From: Nitrospirota bacterium
Lineage (GTDB): Bacteria; Nitrospirota; UBA9217
NCBI GenBank assembly: GCA_963751455.1
Contig: CAVVUN010000006.1
Span: 228,589 to 292,588 of the forward strand
Direction: 5' to 3'
DNA: 64,000 bases
The position numbers were made by a program, and so were the translations under genes. Position 1 is the first letter of the stretch. Every line of letters starts with the position of its first letter. The notes beneath the pieces are model-generated. The model was not told the DNA's origin, did no database searches, and saw only the letters and a list, made by a program, of their open reading frames with translations. Below, piece by piece: positions 63,623 through 64,000 of the stretch.

Positions 63623-64000
63623 TGTACCCGGCGTTTATGAGGTTCTTGATTCCCGTCTCGTGCTTCTCAGCGAGATGGTACGACAATGAGTATAAGCATT
63701 GCTCGGCGCGAGTGCAGGGTATGCGTGCCTAGCGAGAAACGCCTTTTGGTTTGGTTTATCCGTGTCAGGATATCAAGACTGATGTGCAGAGAAGCACGCT
63801 GAGAAACGACAATAAGGTCTGGGGTGAAGATTTGAAAATCTGATACGCGAGAAGCAAGCTTATTGATTGGGCTTAGAATCGAGCTCCGTCTCTCAGTGGA
63901 GCTTCCATCTACGCTTCTCTGGGTTAGAATCATTATACACTTTACTGGCGTAATAGCTTTAATTCATTTGGCAAAAATAACAAGGCTGATCCTTTGTTAT

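Noticed and set aside
63667-63933. 88-aa minus-strand ORF
   Set aside because: No recognisable motif and it overlaps a family E repeat; likely non-coding.
63953-63962. ATAGCTTTAA half-match to the CBASS-locus 27-bp box
   Set aside because: The second arm is absent; a 10-bp AT-rich match can arise by chance.

Overview
A 64 kb bacterial chromosomal window of moderate GC with AT-richer accessory blocks. Gene content and repeat style suggest a Nitrospirota- or Desulfobacterota-like organism (inference only). In order: (1) 0.1-8.2 kb, a defence island with Mrr, a HEPN-motif protein, a 1.1-kaa REase-STAND ATPase-tandem AP2 fusion and a PaeR7I/XhoI-type R-M pair. (2) 8.5-11 kb, decayed AraC/SDR/flavodoxin genes. 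(3) 11-18.7 kb, a probable lysine catabolic cluster (ALDH7, Lat, FAD oxidoreductase, divergent DUF1338/HglS-like protein). (4) 19-28 kb, signalling genes: REC-GAF-GGDEF-EAL, a frameshifted CheB-CheR, and a PAS histidine kinase with an in-frame TGA followed by a SECIS-like hairpin. (5) chrB with a collapsed chrA, a small diheme cytochrome, RluA, tRNA-fMet, a lytic transglycosylase, an FGGY kinase, MarC and ribD. (6) 36-50.4 kb, an accessory region with four toxin-antitoxin pairs and an extended CBASS locus (CapK/CapS-like regulators, LRAT-like thiol hydrolase, 57-aa unannotated protein, patatin, CD-NTase, lone E2). (7) ftsH, usp, an AAA ATPase and a cyclic beta-1,2-glucan synthase carrying two in-frame repeat insertions. 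Intergenic DNA is packed with nested MITEs and REP-like repeats. No CRISPR array, rRNA, transposase or integrase was seen. All family calls come from motif recognition by eye; no searches were run.
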